Source of the DNA: a virus
Virus record (IMG/VR): IMGVR_UViG_3300027763_000043
Coordinates: 28,974-92,973 of that record
Strand: one strand, 5' to 3'
Length of the DNA: 64,000 nucleotides
The notes beneath the pieces were generated by a model. The model was not told the origin of the DNA. It worked only from the letters and a program-made list of their open reading frames with translations, and did no database searches. Both the position numbers and the translations under genes were made by a program. This document shows positions 17,500 through 26,380 of the stretch, one piece after another (position 1 is the stretch's first letter; each line of letters opens with the position of its first letter).

Positions 17500-18123
17500 T
17501 TAATCCAAAGAATTTATATTAAAAGATATACTTATTCTTTCACTATCGGAAGAATTGCTTCGCACACCATGATCCAACCAACTGGGAAATAATATTATCA
17601 TTCCGGTAACTGGTGTAATTTCATAATCTTGACTGGAATAATCGGATGAAGATCTACTGAATATATTAGAGATCTCCATATATTTTGTTGGAGTTCTAAA
17701 ATACAAATTCCCATCCTTTCCACTAGTTTTATAATAATAAATTCCAGAAATATCACAACTCTGATGATGATGAGTTTGTGTATAATTTCCCCTATCTGAA
17801 AATGTTACCCAAGAATTTTTTATATTAAGATTAATAGGGCCTTTTATGCCAATATTGGAAAAATACTGATTTACATTTTCTGATATTTTCTGTACTAATT
17901 CCGAACAACTATATTCATTTAAAAATTTAGAAGTTGTTATGTTACCATAAACTTTTGTATTTAATGGATCATGTTCGGAATGAAAATAATTTGAGCTTAC
18001 AATATCATTATTAGATTTTACAAGATCAATTGCATCTTTAATTTCTTTCTGAATTGTATCTAGGTCCGTATATTCAAATATATTTGAATATATTGGAGTT
18101 GAAAATAAATTCCAAATGGTCAT
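17500..18123 (-). CDS. 2OG-Fe(II) oxygenase-like protein (TIGR02466-type)
   Basis: LFSTPIY, SW, H.H...ISGIYY, LFPSWL.HGV, RISISFN. Confidence 0.82.
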   Translation of the reverse strand: MTIWNLFSTPIYSNIFEYTDLDTIQKEIKDAIDLVKSNNDIVSSNYFHSEHDPLNTKVYGNITTSKFLNEYSCSELVQKISENVNQYFSNIGIKGPINLNIKNSWVTFSDRGNYTQTHHHQSCDISGIYYYKTSGKDGNLYFRTPTKYMEISNIFSRSSSDYSSQDYEITPVTGMIILFPSWLDHGVRSNSSDSERISISFNINSLD

Positions 18124-18125
18124 TT

Positions 18126-19304
18126 TCAGAATCCATGAACACAAACATTTTTAGTAAATTCCGTCATTGGCATTCCAGTCATTCCAGAATGAATTGCTCG
18201 AAAATCTTGATAACAAAATACTCCAATATTTAAGAAATTATTTGTCCTATACTTACTTGCATAATTGTAGGCATAAGATAAAGATTCTTCAGAAAGTCTT
18301 GGATGAATATTCATAAAGTCTTTTGCTCTGGCATGAACATCTTGCCAGAAGATACTATCAAACTTTGAACCATAAGAATAATGAAATGCCAATGAAATTT
18401 GATAATCAAATAATTCTTGATAGTAAAGTTGATTTGCATATTCAAAACTTTCTAGCGTTCTATCTTCCAAAAACTTACAAATATGTTGAGCATATCTAAC
18501 ATAATAAAATAATGATAGTGCTTGCAATGGTTCCAGGAACATCAGACGATTGCCATTATTTGCAGCATACTTATTTGCAATCATCTTCTTGGCATATTTT
18601 GGTGTCCAATCGATGGTTTTACAATCTTCTTTTCCAAGAAGTTTTTGTACTTCTTCTTTATTATGGAATTTCTTATTAAATAGATACCCACATTTAGTTA
18701 GATTTCTGTCTGGAAATGGAAGACCGAATTGCCAACCATGCTCTGTGGCACGATGCAAAGTATATGTAGGATCATCTACTTCATTCTCAGTATAAAGAAT
18801 GGCACTATTCACAGTTTCAAAAAGTGGTTTCACATAATCATTATCATTAGACCATCCACTACAAGAAATGATGAAATCGTATTCGTGTCCATTGATATAA
18901 ACCTTATCGTTTTCAATACGATATTCTGAAATTTTCTTTGGATGATACTTAACACCAACTTCTTCTAGTTTTTGATGAATGAATCCATTAAAGATTGAAC
19001 TTTCAAACTGAAAAGCATCTGAGTTATTGTTGAAATGATGCCTAAAATAATCAGATTTACCATAACCCCAATTAATAAATTTAATTCCATTTTTAAAAGA
19101 GACAATACCATTATCTCTTAGATCACCAATACAAATATCTAAAATACTTGTAAGTAATTCACCAATATGAGGTGTTGTAGATTCTCCAACATTCAGTGCT
19201 GGTTTATCTGGATCATAATGAATTTCAACTTGGTGACCATTTTGAATGCAAACTAATGCACTAATAATGGCACTTGTTCCTTTTCCAATAATTGCAATTT
19301 TCAT
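18126..19304 (-). CDS. Flavin-dependent tryptophan-halogenase-like protein
   Basis: IIGKGTSA FAD motif, VGESTTP, FKNGIKFINW (catalytic Lys position), GWQFGLP, FLEPL. Confidence 0.8.
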   Translation of the reverse strand: MKIAIIGKGTSAIISALVCIQNGHQVEIHYDPDKPALNVGESTTPHIGELLTSILDICIGDLRDNGIVSFKNGIKFINWGYGKSDYFRHHFNNNSDAFQFESSIFNGFIHQKLEEVGVKYHPKKISEYRIENDKVYINGHEYDFIISCSGWSNDNDYVKPLFETVNSAILYTENEVDDPTYTLHRATEHGWQFGLPFPDRNLTKCGYLFNKKFHNKEEVQKLLGKEDCKTIDWTPKYAKKMIANKYAANNGNRLMFLEPLQALSLFYYVRYAQHICKFLEDRTLESFEYANQLYYQELFDYQISLAFHYSYGSKFDSIFWQDVHARAKDFMNIHPRLSEESLSYAYNYASKYRTNNFLNIGVFCYQDFRAIHSGMTGMPMTEFTKNVCVHGF

Positions 19305-19501
19305 TCAGTAATAAGTCTCCATTCCAAATTTAGGCTTTCCATATAATCTACAAGATCTTGTCCATTAATGGAACAAATATCTACGGCCGTATCAAAAACA
19401 AAATCTGCCTCATAGAGATTTTCTTCTCCATCAACCTCACGAATAGCAGTTAGATATCCTTGAATGTTTCTAATTTGAAACTTTCTAATTTCTTTAATCA
19501 T
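19301..19501 (-). CDS. Hypothetical acidic protein
   Basis: 66-aa ORF translationally coupled to the halogenase (ATGA overlap). Confidence 0.6.
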   Translation of the reverse strand: MIKEIRKFQIRNIQGYLTAIREVDGEENLYEADFVFDTAVDICSINGQDLVDYMESLNLEWRLITE

Positions 19502-19518
19502 TGGTTTTCTCCTATAAA

Positions 19519-20088
19519 TTAATTTCCTCGGTCATAAGCATATTGGACACAATGACCATTTCTTCTTACATAATGAAAGAATACTTGATGATAATAACTA
19601 TCTTTATTTCCTTTCATCGGTTCCCTCCAATGTGGAAGAATACATCCCTTATAGAGTGCTCCATCTCCTGGTTTCATAGTACATGAAAGAGGTGGTTCTC
19701 CATCAGGGCGCTCAAACATAATTGGCCACTCATAATCTAAATTTTGACTTATATTTACAGTAATACTGATCTCACAAGAAGGTCTATCAGTATGCTTTGT
19801 AAGTTCATGACCTTTAAAATAAAATCGATCATAATAATAGGTGGGATACAATCGTTCACCAATCGTATCCTCAATCACTTGCATAATTTCATAGTGTGCT
19901 TCTTTGAATTTGGGATGATTATATCGTGCCAAACTACCAGAAACTTGTGCCTCATTTGGTTCTACAGAAACTCTTCCAGGACCATCATAACGATACATTC
20001 CTCTTTCCCAAGGAACATCCTCATAAAGTTGAGATGCATCAATGAGATTTGGCATCTCAATTACAGACCATTCTACTTTATTACTCAT
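19519..20088 (-). CDS. 2OG-Fe(II) oxygenase
   Basis: LTKHTDRPSCEIS (HxD), PGDG.LY.G...HWRE, QVFFHYV. Confidence 0.85.
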   Translation of the reverse strand: MSNKVEWSVIEMPNLIDASQLYEDVPWERGMYRYDGPGRVSVEPNEAQVSGSLARYNHPKFKEAHYEIMQVIEDTIGERLYPTYYYDRFYFKGHELTKHTDRPSCEISITVNISQNLDYEWPIMFERPDGEPPLSCTMKPGDGALYKGCILPHWREPMKGNKDSYYHQVFFHYVRRNGHCVQYAYDRGN

Positions 20089-20681
20089 TTCCACCTAGGA
20101 CCTACCACCCAACCAATTAGTGATTTGCGATGACCAGAAATAACTTTCTTCACACGATGTTGAGTTCTACTATCAAATACGATTACAGTTCCTCTGGTCT
20201 TTGGAACAAAGTAGGATCTTCCATCACCATTCATCAACTGAACTTCACCACCCTCATAATCATCAGGGTCTGAAAGTTGTAGAATAAATGAGAGTTTTCG
20301 AATTTGTTCAGAATTCGTAATTACAAAATTTTCTTGTTTATTTTCTGTGGGTTTGTAAGAAACTTCAATACTTGCATCATTGTGCCAACCATAATATTCA
20401 CCTTTCTCATAAGAAGTATATTGCATTGCTTCCCCATCAAACCCAGTAACATCATACAAAAAGTTTTCACGATTTGCACGAAGAACATAATGATAACAAA
20501 GTCCTGTTGCCCAATGACTTGAGGGCAACCAGGAAGTTCTACTATCCCTTTTATCTAAGGTAAGTCCACCAAATGTTGTCGCCTGTTGGAAATTACCATC
20601 GAGTTGATTTAAATCTTTTTCAATCAACTCAACAATTTCTTTTGGCATTATAGTGGAATACCAAACTGATGTACCTGCCAT
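20085..20681 (-). CDS. 2OG-Fe(II) oxygenase (prolyl-4-hydroxylase/PKHD-type)
   Basis: YGWHND, RKLS, YEGGE, FDS...HRV..V.SG.RKSL.GW. Confidence 0.88.
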   Translation of the reverse strand: MAGTSVWYSTIMPKEIVELIEKDLNQLDGNFQQATTFGGLTLDKRDSRTSWLPSSHWATGLCYHYVLRANRENFLYDVTGFDGEAMQYTSYEKGEYYGWHNDASIEVSYKPTENKQENFVITNSEQIRKLSFILQLSDPDDYEGGEVQLMNGDGRSYFVPKTRGTVIVFDSRTQHRVKKVISGHRKSLIGWVVGPRWK

Positions 20682-20705
20682 ATAAAAATAATAATATTTT
20701 CAATA

Positions 20706-20734
20706 ATTATATAGGATTATAACTCATATGTCAA
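20706..20734 (-). promoter_or_regulatory. Consensus sigma70 promoter of the tailoring-enzyme operon
   Basis: TTGACA-17 bp-TATAAT. Confidence 0.82.
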
Positions 20735-21144
20735 GTTGTGGGTTTTGGTACGGGTGATTCCCATTCACAAGTTTCTTCATTCAAAATCCAAGAAGGATAA
20801 GGTTTTGGTGCAATAAATGCAGTTAATGTTTCATCATAAGTCCCACCAATTCCTGGTTGATTTTTGATTTCATCAGTATTTTCAATATAAATTGTATCGC
20901 CATAAGGTTTCGTATCCATAAACTCACGACTTGCAGAAATCGTGTTCAGGACAGATCCATCTTCTCCAATGTGTACAAATAATCTTGGAAGTTGATACTC
21001 ATAAATTGCTTGTGATTCTTCTTGTTGTTGCCTCTCAAGTTCTTGTTGTTGTTCTAGTTCATACTGAACAATTTCTTCTTGTGTTTTCCAAGAAGTTGTA
21101 AGTTCGTGCCAAAGGTATTCTGGCGTTTGTTCTGTGTTTTCCAT
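20731..21144 (-). CDS. Hypothetical protein, possibly a fibre-associated chaperone
   Basis: GIGGTYD...AFIAPKPYPSW.LNEETC.WE.PVP motif; follows the Gly-rich genes. Confidence 0.6.
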   Translation of the reverse strand: MENTEQTPEYLWHELTTSWKTQEEIVQYELEQQQELERQQQEESQAIYEYQLPRLFVHIGEDGSVLNTISASREFMDTKPYGDTIYIENTDEIKNQPGIGGTYDETLTAFIAPKPYPSWILNEETCEWESPVPKPTT

Positions 21145-21150
21145 AGTTTT

Positions 21151-21888
21151 TTAACCTATATATCTAATAATTACACAACCCGGATTTCCGGCAGCTCCTG
21201 GCGTTGATGTAGCAGTACTACCACCTAAACCAAACATTGTTGGGAAAGAAGTTGGATGGAGAGGTTGCCCTCCACTACCGCCTCCACTATAAAAAATAGG
21301 ACTACCAGTGATTGTATAGGGTACTCCCTGTCCACCTACACCTTGAAGAAAAGAACCTCCAGCACTTCCAGCACCGCCACCGCCGCCTGGATTGCCGGGC
21401 CCACCCGCCACCTGGCCAGGAAATCCAAGTCCTATAACATTAGCACCAGTGCCGGCGGGGTTGCCAGCACCACCAGAAGCTTGAGGGCTAGGGCCTCCGG
21501 AGTTACCAGGGCCAGGGCTACCAAAACCACCCCCCTGTGCAGTAATACTTCCACCATTATAAGTAAAAGTAGTAGCTGCACCAGAAAAAGGCCCAAGTCC
21601 CCCTGCACCAATAATTATTGGATAAGAAACACCGGCAACTAGTGGAATATTTTTTGAATATAAAGTAGCTCCTGCTCCGCCACCACCAGCCCAATTAGTT
21701 CGAGGGTTGAGTCCCCCCCCTCCGCCACCACCAACTACCAGAACATCTATAACAGTTCCAGATCCCGTTACACTGAATGTTGTTGCACCAGGAGTACTAA
21801 AAGTATGAACAACGTATCCACTATAATCAGTCTTAACTGTAGTAGAATTTGTTATGTTTGATATTCTATTTCCTACGATGATTGCCAT
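21151..21888 (-). CDS. Glycine-rich domain protein (intact paralog 1)
   Basis: HTF, VLVVGGGG, G.GFPG, Y.ITG..FY.GGG, LHPTS, IIRY. Confidence 0.8.
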   Translation of the reverse strand: MAIIVGNRISNITNSTTVKTDYSGYVVHTFSTPGATTFSVTGSGTVIDVLVVGGGGGGGLNPRTNWAGGGGAGATLYSKNIPLVAGVSYPIIIGAGGLGPFSGAATTFTYNGGSITAQGGGFGSPGPGNSGGPSPQASGGAGNPAGTGANVIGLGFPGQVAGGPGNPGGGGGAGSAGGSFLQGVGGQGVPYTITGSPIFYSGGGSGGQPLHPTSFPTMFGLGGSTATSTPGAAGNPGCVIIRYIG

Positions 21889-21895
21889 GGTTTTT

Positions 21896-22675
21896 TTAAG
21901 TTATATATCTAACAATGATGACGCCAGGATTTCCAGGAACACCGCCAGGAGAAGGACTAGTTCCCGAAGTACCACCCAAACCAAAGTTTGTTGGAGAAGA
22001 AGTGGGATGTAAGGAACCAAGGGCGCCAGGGCCACCACCGCCACCGCCACCACCATAAGATACTGGAGATCCGGTAATACTATAAAGTACTCCCGCCCCT
22101 CCAGGTCCACCGGTGGAACCTGGTGCAGGACTACCAGCCCCACCAGCACCACCTCCACCACCGCCCCAATTTGATATAGCGTTTCCGCCAGGAAATCCCA
22201 GTCCAATAATATTAGCACCCGTACCACCGGGACGACCACCATCAGGTCCACTGCCACCACCGCCACCACTACCATTAGGAACCGAATTGCCAACAGTACC
22301 AATCGGGTTGGCCGATTGACCTCCTCCTCCACCGCCCACGGCAGTAATACTTCCACCATTATAATTTAAAACACTTGAAGTTCCATTTGTTGCTGCACCA
22401 CTAGATCCAGGACCAACAACAAATGGATACGATACTCCAGAAACAATTGGTATATTTTTTGCATAGATAGTAGAACCTCCACCTCCTCCACCGCTAGCCC
22501 AATTACTAAAGAACGCCTGTCCGCCGCCGCCACCAACTACAAGAACATCAATAATCCCACTTCCTCTTGCTACAAAATTACCTGATGATGTAAAAGTATG
22601 AATGGTATATCCACTAATGGTATTAATTGTTCCGCCAGTTGCCGTAACTATTCTTGGTCCTACGTATATGGTCAT
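21896..22675 (-). CDS. Glycine-rich domain protein (intact paralog 2)
   Basis: Same scaffold motifs. Confidence 0.8.
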   Translation of the reverse strand: MTIYVGPRIVTATGGTINTISGYTIHTFTSSGNFVARGSGIIDVLVVGGGGGQAFFSNWASGGGGGGSTIYAKNIPIVSGVSYPFVVGPGSSGAATNGTSSVLNYNGGSITAVGGGGGGQSANPIGTVGNSVPNGSGGGGGSGPDGGRPGGTGANIIGLGFPGGNAISNWGGGGGGAGGAGSPAPGSTGGPGGAGVLYSITGSPVSYGGGGGGGGPGALGSLHPTSSPTNFGLGGTSGTSPSPGGVPGNPGVIIVRYIT

Positions 22676-22679
22676 AATT

Positions 22680-23417
22680 TTATGAAGGGTAACGGATAAT
22701 TATAACGCCATTGGTTCCGCCAAAATTACCTAGACCATTAGAAGAACCACCTAAACCAAAGTTTGTTGGGGAAGAAGTGGGGTGTAGAGCACCGGCAGTG
22801 GCGCCACCACCACCACCATAAAATACTGGAGAACCAGTAATACTATAAGATACTCCCACACCAGCCAAGGTAGTTGTACCACCACCAGCACCGCCGCCAG
22901 CACCAGAACCAGGGGCACCCCCAGGACCTCCTGGAAATCCATATCCTATAATACCAGCACCTGAACCACCACTGCCACCAAATGCACCACCGCCTCCAGA
23001 TGCAAGTGGCGAAGACGCTCCAGGATTGCCGGGAATTCTTCCGCCGCCGCCACCACCAGTGGCAGAAATTGCACCACCATTATAAGTACAAGTTGTTATT
23101 CCACCCGGAACACCAGTACTAGGCAAACCACCAGGAAGACCTCCAGCACCTATAGACATTGTATATGCAACACCAGAAATAACTGGTACAAATTTTTGAT
23201 AAATTGTAGCACCTCCTCCACCACCGCCAGCATCCTGTTGAGGCGCCGTCACTACTCCACCACCGCCACCACCACCAACAACAAGAACTTCTATAGGACC
23301 ACTTCCATTTGGAGTAAAAGTACCTGATAATGAAAAAGTATGAACAGTATAACCAGTGATACTACTAATAGTACCCCCAGTTGCCGAAGTTATTTTTGCT
23401 CCTAATAATAATGACAT
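22680..23417 (-). CDS. Glycine-rich domain protein (intact paralog 3)
   Basis: Same scaffold motifs. Confidence 0.8.
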   Translation of the reverse strand: MSLLLGAKITSATGGTISSITGYTVHTFSLSGTFTPNGSGPIEVLVVGGGGGGGVVTAPQQDAGGGGGGATIYQKFVPVISGVAYTMSIGAGGLPGGLPSTGVPGGITTCTYNGGAISATGGGGGGRIPGNPGASSPLASGGGGAFGGSGGSGAGIIGYGFPGGPGGAPGSGAGGGAGGGTTTLAGVGVSYSITGSPVFYGGGGGATAGALHPTSSPTNFGLGGSSNGLGNFGGTNGVIIIRYPS

Positions 23418-23435
23418 ATTTCTTTTTTCCTTTAT

Positions 23436-23798
23436 TTATGCTGGATATCTAATAATAACAACACCAGGAGTTCCTGCGCCACCTAAACCATGTCCACCTG
23501 TACCATAAGTACCACCACCAGGAGATGCAAAACTAGTACCAGTTGCGTTTGCTCCACCGCCGCCACTACCATAAACGGTAGCAACTCCAGTAATGGCATA
23601 AACTACTCCTACTCCACCAGCACCACCCGAAGTATTGGTACTTGGTTGTCCATAGTCACCGGCACCGCCACCACCGCCACATCCATTACCAACAGCACTA
23701 TCTCCACCAGAAAAACCTATTCCAATTTGATTGGGACCAGATCCTCCAGTATTTGTAACTCGTGCGTTATTGTTTCCTCCACCACCAGAACCAGGCAT
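23436..23798 (-). CDS. Stand-alone C-terminal half of the glycine-rich domain
   Basis: Aligns only to the second half of paralogs 1-3; has its own ATAAATA (23822-23828) and AAGGA SD. Confidence 0.7.
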   Translation of the reverse strand: MPGSGGGGNNNARVTNTGGSGPNQIGIGFSGGDSAVGNGCGGGGGAGDYGQPSTNTSGGAGGVGVVYAITGVATVYGSGGGGANATGTSFASPGGGTYGTGGHGLGGAGTPGVVIIRYPA

Positions 23799-23811
23799 AA
23801 TTATTATCCTT
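23773..23811. repeat. 39-bp exact direct repeat, copy 1 (copy 2 at 26310-26348)
   Basis: tttcctccaccaccagaaccaggcataattattatcctt at both sites. Confidence 0.9.
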
Positions 23812-23827
23812 AATTTTTAATTATTTA

Positions 23828-26299
23828 TCAAAGTTTTACAATAATAACAAATCCACTACTACCATTACCAATAGAATTGGATTGATTGGATCCATTATTA
23901 AGAGAAGATCCGCCCCCACCATTTCCACCGGCACTTGATTGTCCCGAACCGCCGCCGCCAGAAAATCCTCCCCCTCCGGCGCCAAACTGTCGGGTTGACC
24001 CTCCACCACCAAAAGATCCCGCCTGGCCAAAACCTGGATTAGGTCCACCTGCCAAACCATTAAGAAAAGATTTACCCCCTATGCCCTCGGCGTTTGCACC
24101 ATTTGTTAAAAATCCTCCTCCACCACCCTGACCTCCAAATGATCCTCCACCATTTCCACCAGTTCCACCATTATTATCAGTTAAAAACTGAGTCCATGAA
24201 GCAGAACTATTTGCTGGATCTGATAAAGTTGCATTAGTAAATTGTGGTTGTGAAGGACCTCCAGATCCAGCACTACTTCCACCACCACCAGCAATTACTA
24301 ATATGTCAGAAGTTGTTGCTGCTCCTACAGTATTGTTTACAACAAATGTTCCCCCTCCACCACCACCAAAACCAGTACTTGAAGCAGTTTGTCCAACAGC
24401 TATTTTTATTTTTTGATTGATAACTAAGCTAAAATCACCTTGCATTATAGCACCAAGTCCAGGAGTACCAGAATTTCCTTGCCCACCTCTACCTCCTGCC
24501 GCAGTTATTCTGTAAGTACCAGTTACAGGAACAGTCCACAACTGAATTCCATCAGTAGAATTAAAATAATTTGTATTGTCTATCCAAGGAAATGATGAAG
24601 TATTATAAAATGTTTTAAGAGTTGCTAAAGATGGCCCAGCTGTCCCAGCAATTCCTGCACTACTAAAATTAAACGAAGTAAATGGATACAATACATCCAA
24701 AGTAGTAACAATAGGACTATAAGTAAGAATAGGTCCACCAGCACTTGTCTTAACACCTAACTGGAATGTTTCTTGATCAGTAATGCCATCATCAACTAGG
24801 GTAAGTGTTGTACTAGCAAAACCAGAAGAAACTGTATATATACCACTTAGAGAATTACTTGTAAAATCGGTAGAGGTAATTCCTGCAGAACCAATAATAT
24901 CATAATAAAGTGTAGTACCATTAGGAAATTCTGTGGCATTTGTTGTAAATGTGACTGACTGACCTTCTTCAACAGTATTTTTAGATACTACGGTTGTAAG
25001 TGTTGTATTATTAATTGCAACTATAGAACTGCTGGCAACTATTTGTCCATCAATACTTTGGTATCTAACCTGCACTCTAAAGGTTTCTGCAGCATCAACT
25101 AATGCATCAGTTGCTATGGAAACATTAAATGTTCCAGCATTATTATTGATTGTAAATGAACCCGAAGTAGCAATAAAATCAGAATCTACAGTACTTATAT
25201 TATCGATAGTCCAGAATAATGTGGTTCCGTTTGGTATATTAAATGTTGTAAAGTTAAATGTACCAGAAGCGCCTTCATTAATACTAGATGGTACTAAACT
25301 GAACGTATAAGTCTTAGCAGGTATTGTAACCGTAGAACTGGTAGCAACTACTTCTCCTGTAATACTTAGATACCTGATTTTTACCGTAAATGTTTCTGCA
25401 CCTTCTATAAACAAATTAGTTGCTATAGGAACACTGAATGTTCCAGAATTACTATTGATTGTAAATGAACCGGAAGTGGCACCAAAGTCTGCAGAATTAG
25501 TGGTTCCATGTTCTACAGTCCAGAATAATGTGGTTCCATTCGTTACGTTAGTGGTTGTAACGTTAAATGTGCCAGAAGCACCTTCAAGTATTGTGGATGG
25601 TACTGAACTAAACGCATAAGTCTTAGCAGGTATTGTAACTGTAGAACTTGTTGCGAGAACATTTCCACTAATACCAATACCTCTTACACTTACGGTAAAC
25701 GTTTCTGCACCTTCTGCAGTTAAATTAGTTGCTACAGGAACACTAAATGATCCAGCGTTACTTGTAATCGTAAAGGAACCCGAAGTGGCACCAAAATCAT
25801 TATCTAATGTAGTTCCATTGTTTATAGTCCAATATAAAGTAGTTCCGTTTGGTATTTTATCAGTGGTAACGTTAAATGTACCAGAAGCACCTTCATTGAT
25901 ACTAGATGGTACTGAACTGAATATAGTTTTTCCAAAACTACCAATACCAACATCTCCGGCAAGTGCAGTAATAATTTGGTTAGGAAGATTTATAACACTA
26001 TCAGTTCCAAGATTACCATTAGTTCCACCAGCACCAACATTCATTGTATAAGCAACACCAGCATTCACTTTAATCAGTTTTTGATATAAAACAGAACCTC
26101 CTCCTCCACCACCGCTACCACCAGTTTGAGCAGAACCAGCACCACCACCACCAACTACAAGAACTTCTATGGTTCCATCTGTAGTTGGTATAAAAGTATT
26201 GAGTCCTACAGTATTAAAAGTATGAAGTATATGACCCCCAATAGTACTAATCGTTCCACCAGTTGCACGATTTATTTTTCCGCCAGAGATAAATGCCAC
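23828..26299 (-). CDS. Structural protein: Gly-rich N-half, Calx-beta/Ig-like repeats, Gly-rich (ALK/LTK-like) tip
   Basis: SINEG.SGTF.VTT..NGTTL.W...DF...SGSFTI..EGAETF repeats; tip has GIQLWTVP.TG.Y.I.AAG; GTG start. Confidence 0.8.
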   Translation of the reverse strand: MAFISGGKINRATGGTISTIGGHILHTFNTVGLNTFIPTTDGTIEVLVVGGGGAGSAQTGGSGGGGGGSVLYQKLIKVNAGVAYTMNVGAGGTNGNLGTDSVINLPNQIITALAGDVGIGSFGKTIFSSVPSSINEGASGTFNVTTDKIPNGTTLYWTINNGTTLDNDFGATSGSFTITSNAGSFSVPVATNLTAEGAETFTVSVRGIGISGNVLATSSTVTIPAKTYAFSSVPSTILEGASGTFNVTTTNVTNGTTLFWTVEHGTTNSADFGATSGSFTINSNSGTFSVPIATNLFIEGAETFTVKIRYLSITGEVVATSSTVTIPAKTYTFSLVPSSINEGASGTFNFTTFNIPNGTTLFWTIDNISTVDSDFIATSGSFTINNNAGTFNVSIATDALVDAAETFRVQVRYQSIDGQIVASSSIVAINNTTLTTVVSKNTVEEGQSVTFTTNATEFPNGTTLYYDIIGSAGITSTDFTSNSLSGIYTVSSGFASTTLTLVDDGITDQETFQLGVKTSAGGPILTYSPIVTTLDVLYPFTSFNFSSAGIAGTAGPSLATLKTFYNTSSFPWIDNTNYFNSTDGIQLWTVPVTGTYRITAAGGRGGQGNSGTPGLGAIMQGDFSLVINQKIKIAVGQTASSTGFGGGGGGTFVVNNTVGAATTSDILVIAGGGGSSAGSGGPSQPQFTNATLSDPANSSASWTQFLTDNNGGTGGNGGGSFGGQGGGGGFLTNGANAEGIGGKSFLNGLAGGPNPGFGQAGSFGGGGSTRQFGAGGGGFSGGGGSGQSSAGGNGGGGSSLNNGSNQSNSIGNGSSGFVIIVKL

Positions 26300-26302
26300 G
26301 AC

Positions 26303-26348
26303 TTAATTATTTCCTCCACCACCAGAACCAGGCATAATTATTATCCTT
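26303..26348 (-). pseudogene. Truncated duplicate start (MPGSGGGGNN*) of the C-half gene; direct repeat copy 2
   Basis: 10-aa mini-ORF 26303-26335 preceded by TATAAATA (26360-26367). Confidence 0.75.
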
Positions 26349-26380
26349 TAATTTTCAATTATTTATATTCCTCTTATAAA

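Noticed and set aside
21151-23798. Gly-rich genes as RiPP/bacteriocin precursors or collagen
   Set aside because: Too long, with a conserved folded scaffold; no leader/core layout and no sustained Gly-X-Y triplets. Retained only as possible modified structural proteins.
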